Shown piece by piece: positions 36,867 through 51,800 of a DNA stretch of 64,000 nt. The notes under the pieces are model-generated. The model saw only the letters and a list, made by a program, of their open reading frames with translations, did not search any database and was not told where the DNA came from. Source of the DNA: Tubiluchus corallicola (taxonomy: Eukaryota; Animalia; Priapulida); the NCBI GenBank assembly GCA_030141605.1, contig JAQGDQ010000042.1, forward strand, positions 62,001 through 126,000, written 5' to 3'. Every line of letters begins with the position of its first letter. Positions within the stretch are counted from its first letter, which is position 1. The position numbers were made by a program, and so were the translations under genes.

Positions 36867-39800
36867 ATGGTTCATTCTACACGAAAACATCACTCTTCTA
36901 GCCAGGAGCAATCATACTGGACAAAATCGTTAATTGGATTTGATTGGCCGGACGTATCATCATGGCTTGCATTTGTGAAAATGATGAATCGCCCTATGGA
37001 CCCGGCGAGTTTGGGACTTATGAGAATTTTTTATGGTATGTGGTGTTTTTTTTTTAAAAATTTGCATAGTTAAGTAAAATGACAATATGTACATGACAGC
37101 AACTCGCGTGCCATACAAATTAATCTCAGCATTAGACTTTACCTTTTCAGGTCGTTTAGAGAAATAATGTATCGGTCTAGTTCTCACAACAATAGTAGTC
37201 ATGCAGAAAAGCATGATCTTAGCATCAGACATGTTTTAAGCTTTCTGAGTAACAAGACTGGCAACGTTTACATTGATATTAATGCTTATTCTTCATTATT
37301 TATTGTATTAGTAAATCACTGACACTCATTTAACTGTGTCTTGGTACTTTGTGAATGTCACTGTTAAATGTGATTTGTAGGTTTACTGATATTTAATTTT
37401 GTTGCTCTTCTTTGTAAATTGTCTCAAAGCTATTGTCAAATTCCACTTATTTTGAAAATGAATGTACAAACAGAAAGAAGAAGAAAATCAAGTGCTGCTG
37501 TACTTAAATTTTAGAAGAAAATAAGAAAACACTGCTTGCAGGTGGCTTGATGTTTCTTGACATCATCCAGGAACGTGGATTATTTAACGCGGAAGTCCGC
37601 TGGGGCGATCCTGATGAGTGTCGATTTCCTCTCTTTTCTTTTTTGGAACCACTTTCATTGGAGAGGATGTACATGATTTATCTTACTCTGTGGTTTTGTA
37701 AGTGTGTCATAAAAAAAACGAATAGTTGTTTGTGCTTTTCTACAAAAATGCATTCCATCTGAGCACAATTATGCACAATTAATTTACATTGAGTAATGGT
37801 TAACATGTAAGAATTACTCATTATTCTAATAGCTTTGTTTTTATTATAATTCTGGCATATTTTAATCTTTTTATTAAATTAATCTGTTAATACTATTTCA
37901 ATGAATCTGTCACTTGTATTTACGTGACATACTTTTGAGTGCCTCTACAGGAATTATTGCAATAAATGACTTTAGTTAAAAACTGCAGGTCTAAATATTT
38001 TCTAGTTCCTCTCTTTTGAATGTGCCAACACAGTTTTCAAAAGATAAGATAAATCTTGCTCAGTGATAACAAATTCAAATAATTTTAAATCTGTTTTAGC
38101 ATCTCTACTTATCATGATTGGACTGTGGTACCGAATAGCATGCTCTGCTTATTGTATATGCTACTGGTACCTGTTTCTGCTGGACAAGACAACTTGGAAT
38201 AATCATTCATACCTATATGGTCTTCTAGCCCTGCAACTTTTATTTACCGATGGCAATAGATATTGGTAAGTAAACATAAATACCTCAAGTGAGGTACAGT
38301 AGATATAAAATATATGGTTTAAATCGGAAAAATGCCCCTGGTTCGAAAAGCGCAATTATCGTTGGCGCAGTTAGTTTGATTAGTTGCAGTTTAGTGGTTC
38401 ACGACTCAGTGAATAAGTGATAGACTTTCTGTGTCAAACACAGCCCTAAATAATAATAATAGGTTACTCATTATCTTTCTTTTGTGGCTTTTTCCAAGTA
38501 TCTGCATGGTCACAGAAAGATCCAGTGATTCCTTCACTCACTCTGTCCATCATGTTTCTCAGTTCCAAAAGTAGTTATCCAATTGAGTTGAAATGTGGTA
38601 GGATAATCAGTTAAGGTGTTTTTGGTTCCATTCAAAAAATTTGTAATAATCTCTTTGTTAATCAATTAATTAGAGCTGTTTAATTTATTAATTTTAAATT
38701 GATTAAATGAAAATTCATGAAGAGCAGAAGTGTAGCACTTAGTTCTCTCTGTGCCAGGATGTGCTTATGGCTGCAGCTTCTCTAAACTCTCCTGTCTTTG
38801 ACCTCTCTCCAGCTCCTCCATCCTGACCTCCTCCAACTCCTCTTGCTCTTCTTCCTGTTGATGTCCACTCTATTGCCATCAAACCATCATTCTGCCACTC
38901 TCTCCACCTCTGGGTTTGAATCCCACTCTAATGACTCGTGTTTTTTCAAGTCAAGTCAAACCATCATCCTGCCACTCTCTCCACCTCTGGGTTTGAATCC
39001 CACTCTAGTGACTCGTGTTTTTTCAAGTCATGCTCCGCTTGAAGGGGACTCTCTGGACACCTTCCTAGGCCTTCTCGTTTTTAACCGTGTACATGATCTA
39101 AAGCAGTGAGTGACGTTCTAGCCACCTGTCCTTGGGTGTTGAGGCTTGTTAAATTGGTGCGATAACCATCTTACTCAATGCACTGAAGGGGTATTAGACC
39201 ATTCTTCTTCTTTTTTTCCGGAGGATTTTGTTTGCTGGCTTTTTGTAATATATTTATTCATACACAAACAGAAGAAATATTTTAATATAGATCATTTTAT
39301 TTCATCTTTTGTGTGTTCTGCAGAAATTCCTTAATATTAAATAAGATAAAGTTAGAAACATTTTAAGTAAATATTGTTCTTGAAACTGTATTTTGCAAGT
39401 ACAACTTTCTAAACTAGTTTCTTAATGTGCATAAAATTCTTTTCTGTTACATTAATTTCTCCTGGTGTTTTTTAACGATATTATAAGTGGTTAGAGGGCT
39501 GAAAATTATAATCTTGATTAGATTGCAATTGAATAGGCATCTTTACCGCTTGAATTTTAAAGGTGTTTTCTTTCTTTGAATGGCAAGGTTACTTTCCGTG
39601 TTTGTCATAGTTCATGAAGGAACAGAAGCAACCCATAAAAATATACATTCTTTTGTTTGTTTCAGGTCCATTGATGGTCTACGTTATCCATCTATACGCA
39701 ATGCTCATGTGCCTCTGTGGAACTACACTCTACTCCGTACGCAGATATTTCTAGTTTATTTCATTGCTGGCCTAAAGAAGACTGATCTAGAATGGTTGGG

Positions 39801-42800
39801 TGGTCATTCGATGGTTAGTCTCTCAGATCATTGGGTGTTCATCCCTTTTAGGTGAGATTCAAGTTACAGCTGACGCTCATGTGAGTGTTTCTTGTTTTGC
39901 TGTTGTTTGTCAGATTCATGATGTTGGTATCCTAAAGGAGGTGTTATTTTTATGTAATTATAACCCATTGAAAAATTTCAAAATAGAATTTCAATAAATT
40001 TTTCCCAAAAAACTGTGCTTGGCAGATAAGATCACAATAAAATTTTCAAACCCACAGTATTGTACAAATTACTGCCAGCATAATAGCTTTTTTGTTTTTG
40101 GCTTATTGGCTGCATCATATTTGGCAGGTCCTTTATAAGTTGTAGCGTTGTATTATATAAGAAATAATAATGATACCATAGTAACACACAGATGGCACAA
40201 AGCCATGCTTCTCTGGCAAAGCCTTGAAAACTCTTGCTGGCTTCCTTCTGCTACCGTACAGAAGAACTATTGGCACGAAAAATGAGTGGACATTTTGTAA
40301 CGATTTGTCAGTTATTCCAGAAAATGTCTTGCGGTTATACTTACCTGACTACAAGAAATAATAGTAGTTAATAACTTCTTTCATCGATATGTGCGTAATA
40401 TCAAGGTCTTACGTGAAAGCTTAAAAATTGTTACCTGACGACTAAAATGCTCTGACGACCTTCAATAAAAAAGTTTGCTGTGGCGCTGCTGCACAAACTT
40501 GTTGCAAAAGTCAAATTATAAATATTTTTACTCATATTGCAATAAAATTGTTTTCCCATTTCCCGTTTTCCCGTGGGACCAGTTTTCAAGCATATTATAT
40601 TTGGTATGAAAATTATGACTTTCTTTTGCAACCTGAACCGTTCAATAAAAATCTTGCTTCAGTTATATATATATATATATATTTATTTATAGGTACAAAA
40701 ATAGATGTGAAACGACTTATGCATTCCAATTGTTTTTGAAATTTGTCTAAATCTGCTCAATTTAAAAGACTTATGTAAGCACTAACTTTCGATTTTAAAC
40801 AATATAAGTTGCCATTCTAAAACCTTGCAAATATAACTAAAAGGGCCTACCATCTATAAACTTTAATAAATACTATTTTAGTCAGCAAAAAGTAACATTT
40901 ATCTATTCTTTATGTCTAAGTGAAAATAATCTCAACATATATACACACTTTCGCAATATATTTGGTATCGTTTAATTAAGTATGTGAGTATATTCTGCAT
41001 GAGCATTTGCTGTACTGTTTGTGAGTAAATATCTGATGCTGTAGAGCAGCTAACCAGCTAAAGTGCCTGATTATGCCCTGGTTAATTAACATTTCGCGAA
41101 TCCGTCTATTTGGTCAAGACTATTTTGTTTGCTGTCATACAGTAGTATTGTTAATATTATTGCAGAAGTGTCAGACACAACGTTCATTATTTTTTCTGCA
41201 TTTTCCTTTCTGGATTTTTTTTCTTAGTTGGTCGTTTTTTTCATAAGATATTATGATGGTAGTAATAATTTGAACTCAGGCAAGTCTATAGCTAGAAACT
41301 ATCTGATTATGTAAGCGGCTAATCGAGTTGTTCTTAACGTTTTTCCCAACAGATGGCAGCACAATAGTGTGGTTTTGCGAGATTCTGCATCCTTTGGTTG
41401 TCCGCAGCGTTAAAAATCATTTGAGAAAGAAATTTAGGATCGTTTTGATGATTTAAATTGTTTTTCAGAATGCACCTTGTTATAATTTAGTCTTTATTGG
41501 AAAATGTGCGGCGTGTAATTGACTGAAATGAAATGATATGATATCGCCGTGAATTTGTAATCTAGAGGTTCATGTTTGGACTTTGTACTTTGTCTACCCT
41601 GGCGTGATTATTGCATTTAGAGCTGTATTTGTATGTGGAATTTCAAAGGGGACTGTGCTGTTTTATAATAAACTATAAAATGGAATACTGTTATGTGCAT
41701 AATTGAGTGATTTTGTGTAAGATATATTCAATTTCAAGCGTAGTGCTTTGATGTAGACCGGTCATCTATACTGCTTTTCTGACATTTGGACGGTTCAGTA
41801 CAATGGGGGATCGCATTTTCACGAATAGGCGTGGTGAACCGTGCACGATGCGTGAAATGTTGGATGGTCTTCCTGATTGGAGCGAACGGTTTAGATGTAT
41901 GTACGAAAAGAAGTTATTGATGGATTTGACTTTTTTAGTTGGTCCAGATGAAATACAAGTGAAGGCTTGTAAGTTTATGTTAGCACATAGAAGTCGAGTG
42001 TTCCGGAACATGCTTCGCGAATATGAACCTGATGAATCTGTACGTGTATCATTGCCTGGTGAAGACCCGGAAGCGTTCCGGCGATTTATTAAATACCTCT
42101 ATCTAGATGAACTTGAGAACGCTGATGATATTGATGCTCTTATCTCATATGCGAGACTAGCTGTGAAGTATGGAATTAAAGACATGCAAGATCATTTATA
42201 CATCTTGCACATGAAGAATGTGGTTAATGAGACAAACGTTTGCTCACTGTTAGAAGCCACAAGTGGGTTTTACAGAGCTGACTGCATGGAACATTGGTTA
42301 GCATATATTGATGCACATTGCCAGGAAGTCATACATGCAGAAGGATTCTCGTCTCTTAGCTATAACAATGTTTTACAGATTGTGCAACGAGAAGCATTGT
42401 GTGTGAATGAGCTGGACTTGTTCAATGCTGTAATGTGTTGGGCGGCTGCTGAGTGCCAGCGACAAACCTTGGATTCAACCCCTGAAAATCACAGGGCAGT
42501 TCTAACTGAAATTTTATCACATATTCGTTTTCCTGTTATGGACCTACAGGAGTTCGCAAGTGGACCAGCAAGAATTGGAGTACTTACTGATGAGGAGGTG
42601 ACCAACGTTTTCATAAGTGTAAGAGCTCCAAGCAGTACTGTACCCCTATTTCCACACAGAAAAAGAGGATATTCTGATGACAGTTAGGCTTATTGAATGC
42701 AACACAGAGTTATAATGGTGACTAGGTGTAATTGCTGTATTGGTGTATTGTAATATTTACCTTCAAACAGTTTAGATGGGTTGGCACTGTGACAGCGGGT

Positions 42801-45800
42801 GTGCACATTTCAGTGCCTGATGTAAACTTGCTTACGCAATCTGAGCTTAGAACATTATCATCCAGTTTGTTCCAATCTGGAGCAATTCTATTGTAAATAC
42901 AACAAAGAGTGTGTGCTCTTGACCTCTGTGTTATCTATATGGATGATAAAAAAATAAATTTTAATCAATGCACCATCAGTCCTCATTTATTACTTTATGT
43001 ATGTTAACTAAGTCAGTTGTTGCCCTCCATTGTTCTAAAGTAGAAACACCGTCCCTGTTGAGATCCTCAGCCAACTGTAAGCACGTTTTTGAACCGCTCC
43101 AATTGTTCGATGATTGTTGAATACTAAGCAGACCAAACAGAAACAGCATTTTTACAAGATGAACCTATTGACTTATACAAGGGAATGATGAGTTAAAAAG
43201 TTAGCATCATCAAATAGTAACAAAATTTAGTAGTGACTAATGAATTACAACAAACAGGCTTACAGCAGGGAAACTTGTCTTCTCCAAAATCTTTGATTAG
43301 GTTATGTCTAGCAATTGATGAACAACTGATACTGGCACTGAAATTGACTGAATTTCTCTGCTTTATGGGCTAAATAAACTTAGTAGTGTAGATCTGTTGT
43401 ATTTGCAAGCAATGTAGCCTATTGTGAAACTAGATTTTGAACTATTCTTGTCAAAGAAAATTTTTGCTGAGATGTATTGTCAAACAGCTAAACTGCATTA
43501 ATATGTGGTAGGCCAGACATGATTTCTTTACAAATCTCTGCACTCTTTTGTCAGCTTTTAATATAAATATTTACACTCTTGCAACAAATGAACTTGTATG
43601 TCTGTTCCTACATGGGAACCATACCCTAAATAATTCTGTTAACAATCAAATTTCTGTATTAGTGCAGTCTTTTATTTCAAACACTAGGTGCTTTAGATAA
43701 TATTAACTGTGTTACTCTTGTTAATTACCAATTACCATAATTATTGCAACATTTCTTGTACAATGTCGTCACTATTGTTCTTTATCTGTCTCTAGCATTT
43801 TGCTCCCACTAGGGTAGAACATATCGTTGTACAACTGTCTGTTTCAAACTTATGTTACATCGATGTTACATCTTCAATAAAATTATGTTTAAACCTATGT
43901 GTGATACGTTACTAGGTGTTAACTGCCAAGGGCAACTAATGTTATAAATATACAATAGTAATAATGATAATGAGAGTGATATGGGTCATACGTTGTCTCT
44001 AGTTTGTAAACATGTTTGTAAAGTCTTGTCACGTAGCTTTCAGCTTATTTAATATTGAATTAATATTAATATTGAAGATTCTATAGTTTGATGATTTGAA
44101 CTTTAAATTCTATTGAAATGTCATACGATAAATATAAATATACTCAACTGAGACAACAATAAATAATTATTAAAAAATATATACCATGCTGAGTAAATTA
44201 TATTTAATGATTATATGAAATCCTGAGTAAATTTTATTTAATAATTATATGAAATCCTGAGTAAATTATATTTAATAATTGTATGAAATTGATTAACTTA
44301 TATAATTTTACTTATTCGAAATTAAGAAAAAAAATCTTACTAGTGACCTGTTAGCAAACACAGTTTTTCTTAATACGATAATTGCACTTTCTAGTTAAGG
44401 CATATAATGCTAACTTTTCAACTAACATTAACTGAATGTGTTGACTTTTTTGTAGCTTTTGGAATTTCTGTGTACAATGAGCTATGTTTAGCATAAGAGA
44501 AAGTAACGTTAATTATTTCGGGTGAAACACTTGATAATGAAGCTTTCTCAGGATTGGAAAATGTGTATACTGAATTAATTAATTACACTAGTATTGTACT
44601 TGTAATAATTATACTGCGCAGCAGTACTAATTTTATACCATTGACAATGTGTTTTATTGTTGCACTAAAATGTAAAAAAATGAATGCCTTAGGCTTGTTG
44701 TTGGTTCAGCATTTTTACAAAGTCATTACAGTGTAAATTTGCACATGTCTATAAATAAACTCTAGATTGGCTATGAACCTTGTAATAAAATAACCTACGT
44801 GCTCTAAATTTGACTTGCAGTATTGTTTTTGATAAGAAATATGAAAGAAAACCTCAAGATGCATCTTAGATATTAAACTTATTAATACAAAAAGGAGATA
44901 AAGCAGCTTCGTAATATTCTGTACATAAGAAATCTAACAGCAAGTTTTAATTAAGCAACCTTATGAAATATTTAGCACTAGGAAAGCTGCTGTAGCCGAT
45001 TTGAGGTAAATTTCACCAGTAAAATCGGTCATTTTTAAACTGGAATTATTCTGTGTTTGACAAAACAGTTGCAGCATGTAAAAAAGTTTATATGTATATT
45101 TTGAATGAAAAAAATATTGCAAAATTTTGTGATTTGTAAAGAAAGTACTAGGGAGGGCCGTGTAGTTTCAAAATGTCACTACATAATTGTGCCATATTAT
45201 TTAAGTACAGCACAGGGTGTTTGTTTTACCATGAGCATACAATGTGTTACAATGAGATTTTTCACAGAAAACAACACAATTTTTGCGAAGGCTACCTAGT
45301 ATGTCTCCAGAAAGTACCATGAAGAAAATCTTGTATTACTGCTGCCCAGATTAATTTTAGATTTGAGAAAAAAGCAATCAGGAGTGCATGAAATGATCTC
45401 TTTCAAAGATAACTATACACTTTATACATTTTTTTGAAAGATTAATAGTAGGCACATGTAAGCTAGTAAGACTATTATGAGTTCAGTAAAATTAGATAGA
45501 AATCTGAAGTGAACTATTGCACAGGTAGACTTCAACATGTGTGCCACTTTTTTCTCCTGGTGATTCAATCTTTCCAGCAGCATCATAATTTTAAGTTAAA
45601 GGTTTGCACATCCATCATACCAAGTTCACGAAAGAGTCTTGATCTAGTTCCTGAAAATTTTCTTACTGTGTAACCCCATAAAAATTGCATAATTCTGTCA
45701 AACTCCAGTGTTCCTCAATTGAGGACCTATAACCTCACTGGAGTTCTATGTGGGTTGTTTAATTACGTTTTTATGAAGAACGCTATGATTTGTTTACTTC

Positions 45801-48800
45801 TAATGCTGTAGCTGTTAATTTCAATAATCTTAATTCATAGGATAAAATATCAACTCTCCTATCTGGTAATCTGCATCTAAGACATGATGAAAATGTTCTC
45901 AGATTATGTAGTAGAAATTATCCAATATTTAGTATTTTAGCAGTCTAAATTAGTTAGAAATTAGGTATCTCACAGAGTGTAGCACATTTTCCAGCACTGA
46001 AACTCTAAACCCCTCCTCCAGATGGCGAGCTAAACAGAAGGCAGAAAGTCAACCTTTTTATACATAAACGACAAGATTTGATGATAATTACTTAAAGAAT
46101 GTAGTGTAAATTACAACAAATAATGTAGTGCAACACGATTTTGTCTTTAAGTTGTATGAAACTTTTCATTTTTCTAGAGTATAAATTGCATTTTTGAGTT
46201 AAGTGAATGTGAGTTAGGTGAATTAAATTACATGTATTTTGTTTAAATGGACCATCATTTATTATTTGAGTATAAGGAATGTTTTTTGTGAGAAAAACGA
46301 AGGATGTCAACTGTTCTGCTGAAATTCTTTGAGTTAGGCGAAAATTTGAGTTATGTGATTTTGACTTACGCGGAGTTTACTGTTATCTCCAATGCTTTAT
46401 TCTCAATTAATTATGTACATACTTCGTAATTTTCGATGTACGTACAAGCTTGTGGTAAAAATCAATTTTTTGTAGTCTGTTCACCTTAGGCTTTATAATA
46501 TAACAAATAAAAATATGTTTATAAAAAACATACAAATGTGCATGTATGAAAAACTGAACTAAAGGTTTACTTAGTTATACGTCAAAATTTAATATGACTA
46601 AGTATAAAGTTATGGTAAATGCTAAATGTGCAACAATATAGCAGCAATTTTTGAAACTTTGGACTATTTTTGTGTCTTTATTATTCCTGGGCTTTTTTAA
46701 CATATAATACTAATTTCTTTAAAATTTATTCTTTAGGATATTTTTATCGGGAGAAAATGTGGACTATTTTATTGTGCATCTTGGAGGTTTTACACTGGAT
46801 TTGACTATAGGATTCTTCCTGTTTTTCGATGCTTCTCGCCCTTTTGCATTATTTTTCTGCACCATGTTTCACCTAATGAATTCACAATTGTTTAGCATTG
46901 GTAGGTAAGACACTTTAACAATTACACTTCTTTTCACAATTTGTAGCTATAACATAGTCATAGTTGTCATAGCTGTTATGACATGTATAGGTATGGCTTT
47001 TAATAATAACATGGTAACAGTTAATTTTTTGTTTTTTGTTATTGTTTAAACACATTTTTTGATAAAAGTTATCCAAAAGGTAGAATGTTACATTGACTAA
47101 AGTTTTTTTGGATAAGAAAAATGCAGCATAATTAATAATAATGGCAGTGAGGTCGCTCAAGTTCACGGGTATCATGGAAAATATGATGTTCATAAAGTTT
47201 CGAGAAGAATTCTTGCACGTAAAACTCCTTATACTCCCAAAGTTTCAGACTATAGTATGGAATATACAGAGTGGTACATAACCCTTTGCTAAGGTGTATA
47301 GAAGCAACAGGTAATAGTACAAATACAATTTATTACATCAGTGTGGCACTGAATTGCACAATGTGAATCTATCATGCAGTATAGTGGAAGCAGCAACTTC
47401 TAGAACTCAAGATTCTCCAGCACATCTTGCAGATGTGTCACAAGCTCATCTCATGAATATTGATCAATGGTATGTTCTTGAGTTATCTAAGATTGTATTA
47501 TGAGAAGACAGCAAGAGAAACCTATGTGTTACCATTACAACACCAGGATAAAAGTAATGTAGGGTTATTGTACTATTTTCCTTGCAATGAAGCGGTTGGA
47601 AATTTTATTCGTCTGATGATCTATGTATTACCAACAAATTCGGGGCAACGTGGGACCTAACAGATGCAATTCTGTATTTATCACCTTATAAGTGATCAGA
47701 TAACAAAGAATAGCAAACAGGGTTCATTTGACAAGAGCAGCCTGCTAGAAATTGAGGACTGTTTGTGAAAAAACACACCAGTCCATAGTTCATCCATCAA
47801 AACCAATGGCAGTGATTGTTCAGCTGAACCAATGGAACTATGAGGGTAACAAAGGCCACCTTAGAAACCTAAAAATAGATTTTTCTAACTGTATGTAGGC
47901 TGATTTGTGTTGCACCCAACTTTTTTGGGACACCTACTTGTTTTGTTTTTTTCTGGTCTTGTCACTAATATATTACCCATGTACTGAGTACTTTTAAATT
48001 TTACTTTTTCAGGTATGTTTCCTTGGGTAATGATCTTTACACAGACGTTGTTTTTCCATGCTGATTGGCCGCGCCAGTTGTTTGCTCATTTACCTGATGG
48101 TTTTTTTGCTGAAGATGGAATACCTCAGCTCAGCGCGCATTGTGTGTATACTAAAGAAGAGATCAAACCAGATGAGCCAGCGGCTCCGACTAGTGTGAGA
48201 TTTTAAAAGCATTTTAATTTCAATAGTTTGGGAAGTTAAACTTTTCTTTTAATTGCATTAATTTGTAATATGCAATTTGACATGTTGCTTGACTATGTTG
48301 AAAGGGTAACCTTATTAACTGCTAATTTCAACTTCACATTTTGTTATATTTTTATTTTTCTTGTTGCAAATGTTATAAAGTTAGTGATTTTTCTTACAAT
48401 TTTGTATATCTTAGTTTTATGATTTCTCCTACAATCTTGTATATCTTAATTTTATAATCAAGTCTCATATATGTGAGCATATTTCCTTGTTCCTGTTGAA
48501 CTTGGGACAGGGCTGGTACTGAGCTACACAAGCATGACATTAACCCAGTTAATTGTTTGTTCAATCTACGACTAGAAAAAAGGGTCACCTAGCTTTTTTA
48601 TTTCCTCATTTAGTAAGGTGCAGTGGCTGTTTTATAAGAAAAGAGACTGAGGCAGAGAGCTGAACACTCACACACTCCCTCAGACTACTACTGACTCACA
48701 GTTAAAAAGGAGGCAGATCTTCAAACTGCCTCTGAGTTTGGCATATTGGTAACATAATTCATCTTTATAGCATTGAACATCTTGAACTGGAATGTCAAGT

Positions 48801-51800
48801 GTGCACTTTAACTTTATAGTAAATAAATCCTAGTGCATAAATTTGCAGTTTCAAGGTGTTTTTGTCAACTCCGTATCTGTTGCAATCAGCTGCAACACAA
48901 CACCATGATCACGAGCACAAGTTCTCATGAACACGAACTTGCAGTATAATTATGCATATCTTTTTCAGAGTGTAAAGCAGAGAAGAAAGCAGGGCAGTGT
49001 GACGTTGAGTAGTACTCACTTATCAAGCGGCATGCCTAGTCAACTTTTAGTAACTGATAAACCTAACTGTTTCCACAAGACAGCTACAGCAGTTACAGTG
49101 CTGTATTTGCTTTCTCAATGCTTTTTACCGTATTCTCACTTCCTGACAAAGGTACATATGCTACGTGTTCAGCAAGCTTAGTAGAATGCATTGCAAATTA
49201 TGACAGCTGCCTTTACATAGTTGTTCCTAAAGTTTATCTAGTTAGGAATAGTATATACTTTTCTTTTATGAGAAAAATGAGATACGAGTTTCTATTAATT
49301 ACTTTTATTATTAATTAAAGTAATTAATTACCTAAATATGTTTGATTAGGATAAGTAGCTTGCAACGTAAAAAATCATTTTCTAACTTGAGTTTGATTCA
49401 AAATTGTTGAGATGATTGTTTTTGTTAGAATGGAATTAGTTAGGCAATTTAGTAGTCCTGATAGGAGATTCTAGTTAATATACATACAACTTAATGAAAA
49501 ATCATAACAGTTATTAATTGTCACGTTGATTTGACTTTGTGGTTGTGTTAAGACATGTGCATGTTTGCATCAGGGTTATAACAACTGGACTAATGGATTG
49601 TACGGTTATTCTTGGGATATGATGGTTCATTCTTGGTCAACCCAGCATATTAAAATTACATTTGTAGACAAAGATACAGGCAAAGATGGATATTTAGATC
49701 CCGATGTGAGTACATTTAATTGATAAGTAGTCTATAATTAGTATATTTTCATCAGTCACATAAGCTCTTGCAGCTTGGAGTTATGTGCTTTTAATATCGA
49801 CACAAAATAAATGTTTATCTTGTCTTAGCCTCAAGCGTCGCTGAGAGATTTCGTGTTAGTGTTAAGTGTTTTTACATGATTTCATAGTTTGCAAGCTGGA
49901 GTTTGACACTCAAATGGAATGTGCCTACTTAATTTAGAATTACAGACAGAATCCGATCATTTTTAAAAATAATCCTATTAATCTTCTTAACCATGTTACG
50001 ATGCATATTCCTCTCTTATTAACCAAGGGAATAACTGGGACTGTATTGCAGATGAAAACACCCAAATGCAGTTTCTTTCAAGTGGTCATCCATACTTTTA
50101 CTAACCAGACTTGCTGTTGATAATGTTCTGACTCTAAGCACATGTCGGGACCACTCACTTGTTCATTTTGCATCATATAATTATTGAAAATAAATGAAAA
50201 CAGAAATTTTTCACATTCATTGAAGTAATTTTATACTTCAAGAGAAACAAATGGTATACATCAAAGGGATATTACATTGTATCCAGTCCGTAACAATTGA
50301 AATTTTGATAAATACGCCTGTTAGTCAATTGCTTTTGCTAATTTTTTTGTCGCGTCAGTTAAGGGCTGTAATAATTTTTCTCTTCATATCTGTATTCTAA
50401 CTCTGAACATTTTTAAACTCTTTACACTCTTTAAATCTGGACTAAAGATTCACGTGTTTTAATAAGCGGCCTACTTATTTCTCAAGTGATAATCGAAATT
50501 CATCCATTCACCATACTAGAATGAGAGTTGGTTTTTGTCAATTAATCATGATTGATACCTCAGAAAATGTAAAAATTACATTGGGTCGCTGGTATCACCT
50601 AGTTGTCAATGTGGTTGTACTTATTAAACAGATTGTCATTAGTTAATTAGTAATTAATAATTGAACATTTGATGGTAGTCATTGGATAACTTTTGTAGTC
50701 ATTTGTTTATTTTTCTATGCAGAAATTAAATTGTCACTACTGTTGTAGGCTTGGACGAGTAACAGCCGATGGCACTCCCGAGCAGATATGGTTAAACAAT
50801 GTGCTCATTGCATTCAAAGACGATTGAGGAAGTACAACGTCACAAACGTCAAACTGTACTTTGATGTGTGGAAATCGCTGAATGGCAGATTTCAACAGCG
50901 GTACGTATTAAGGAACCATTATGCATCCACATATAACAATGTCAAGATTACGGTAGGTAGTTGACAGGAGACATGATGATGCCATTATAACACAATGTAG
51001 GTAGGCAATTATTCACACATCTTTTGGTTGCTAATCAGTTTCCTAATGTACCATTGTTTAACAAATGAGTTTGTATAAAATCATTTTTTTGAGGTAGATT
51101 AAAATATTTCATCCATTTTGCCTATTAGGCTTCCTCTTGTGAGATAATAATTAAAAATAAGTAAATAAAAACAATTACAAATGACGTGTATAGCTTGAAA
51201 ACGTCTTCATTTCTGCAGCTTTTTCTTGTTTATTTTGTATGATGACTTGGGCATGACTGTGGTACAGATGGTACAGATGACTTTTCCTGCTATAATTATG
51301 GATTGGGCATTATAAACCAATCTTGGCTTGTTAGTTTATAAATTTTTCTTTTGGTACTGTGGCTCTGCTATGAGGTTTTGGAACTAATCCTCAGTGGCAG
51401 CTCATGTATAGGTACTGTGGTACTGCAGCACCCCCTGTTTTCACTTATTATTATCGATAATATTCAATGTAATAAGTCTTTTTTCTTACATATTGTTCTT
51501 TTTTATATTTGTGTGGAACCGGAGCTTGTGAGGAAAATACAGTTCGCTTCACAGCCCAAGCAAAGTGGTGTTTAGGGAGTTGTGTGCATACGGCCATGCT
51601 TACGTCTGACATAACATGCTGTATGCTATCGTCTGCTGCTAGGTAGAAAAGTACTGTCTCCGAACACAGTAACAGTTGCCCTGTGCTTACTGTGTACCAT
51701 CATGGATTCTTGGATGTGATAAAGTGTAAACTTCACATCTGTGCTTAAAACATAAATCATTTAATAATGGATGCCTTGCATATATCCCCAAGAAATAAGT

